A stretch of 64,000 nt of DNA from Patellaria atrata CBS 101060. Taxonomy: Eukaryota. Position numbers and translations under genes: made by a program. Each line of letters starts with the position of its first letter. The stretch's first letter is position 1. The notes beneath the pieces are model-generated. The model ran no database searches, was not told the origin of the DNA, and worked only from the letters and a program-made list of their open reading frames with translations. Positions 62,834-64,000 of this stretch are shown piece after piece. Where the stretch lies: contig MU006107.1 of NCBI GenBank assembly GCA_010093705.1, positions 3,392 through 67,391 of the forward strand, read 5' to 3'.

Positions 62834-63579
62834 ATGCCAGTCACCTCCACGCCCTTCCCCATCCTCTCGCAATTCCTCTGCCAAGTCGAGAAACTGACCG
62901 GCGTACCCCCCCAACCCCTCGACGCGCCTGGCTCCGCGATGCTGGACGGCGAACCGCCCAAAGAGCTGCCGAAGGGCGTGGTCATCGGCCCGGATGGGAA
63001 ACCGTGAGTATACACATACCTTATCCTCAATCGGCGTCGCGAAGTCTGGGAGCTTATCGTGGGATGGGAGACAGATGCCGCACCTGCACGTCCTCAGCAG
63101 CATGGAAGCAGATGCTTAAACAGAAACAACCAAGTAGCACCAAACCCTCATCCTCACCTACCTTCCCACCCACCGCGACGGCGACCGGCGTCGCCGCCGC
63201 AACAGCCTCGACGATAAACACCTTCGACCGCGCCGACTGCCCACCAGACGTGGAGCAGCTCGGCCGCTCCTCCTGGACCCTCCTGCACTCCATCACCGCG
63301 ACCTACCCCCGCAACCCGCCCGTAAGCCTCCAGCAAGAGACGCGCGCCTTCGTAACGGCGTTCTCGAAACTTTACCCGTGCTGGACGTGCGCGGAGGATT
63401 TCCAAGCCTGGTTGAAAGACGACCGGAACGCGCCGAAGGTGAGCTCGCGGGAGGAGTTCGGGCGCTGGATGTGCGAGGCGCATAATGCCGTGAACGTCAA
63501 ACTGGGGAAGGAGAGGTTTGATTGCGATAGATGGGAGGAGAGATGGAGGACTGGGTGGAAGGATGGGCGTTGTGATTAG
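62834..63579 (+). CDS. ERV1: FAD-linked sulfhydryl oxidase Erv1/ALR (intron ~63004..63074; start codon uncertain)
   Basis: GVVIGPDGKP|CRTC shuttle disulfide, CPPDVEQLGRSSWTLLH, YPCWTCAEDF, CEAHNAVN.KLGK..FDC. Confidence 0.93.
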
Positions 63580-64000
63580 ATATGCTGCTTTTAGGTGCTC
63601 TCTTTGGGACTGAGTGTGCAAAATATGGGGCCCAAAACTGGCCTTGGTTAGGATAATGTGAGTTGTGCTGTACATATGTATTACGAATATATACGTCTCT
63701 ATCTATGGCTTAGTGCTATATTTGGAAACCTAACTATACGGATTATATTTTCCTTCTGTGAAATGAACGATAGTAGTGTACTGAAGATCATCATATTCAA
63801 ACCTGATCAAATCCACTTGGATCCGCTTCTCACGTTCCACTGCCGAGTGTACTGACTGTATCCGGGCCATGCAAGTAAATTGAAACTCTGGGTAGAGGAC
63901 CGGAGTTTGAAAGTAAGGAGTGGATCCGAGTGGCTTAGATACGCGTTGATAGGATCACCCATATAGCCGATAATGGGATAGGAAAGCTGAAGATTTGCTA

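Noticed and set aside
470..63675. Numerous short or antisense ORFs overlapping recognised genes
   Set aside because: Shadow ORFs of GC-rich coding sequence with no independent domain or signal.

Overview
Gene-dense eukaryotic DNA from a filamentous ascomycete (Pezizomycotina; short GT-AG introns with CTRAC-type branch sites). It holds about 24 intact protein-coding genes. Housekeeping genes: TAF12, ATG9, COG6, BolA, NIF3, MCM2, UBR7/Mlo2, HIS7, ARE2-type sterol acyltransferase, an Srp1-like SR protein, NAB2, HEM14, a DDHD phospholipase, KXD1, SEC18, a PhzF-family protein, a SAS2-like MYST acetyltransferase, HEM4 and ERV1. The rest are orphan, membrane or secreted proteins. The window also has the 3' end of a Fot1/pogo DNA transposon, a 14-bp minisatellite spanning a 100-N gap, and two pseudogenes. 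The most notable items follow. (1) The HIS7 first intron is unusually long (247 nt), with G-U-containing helices on the transcribed strand, mutually exclusive pairings and a hidden consensus 5' splice site, which suggests an RNA-structure splicing switch. (2) A roughly 160-nt Pol III-type element at 39.5 kb looks like an internally deleted SRP (7SL) RNA or tRNA derivative. (3) The SR-protein gene has a candidate poison exon and a CpG-dense 3' region. (4) C-rich to G-rich skew flips recur regardless of gene orientation. Gene identities come from recognising motifs by eye; no database search or folding program was run.
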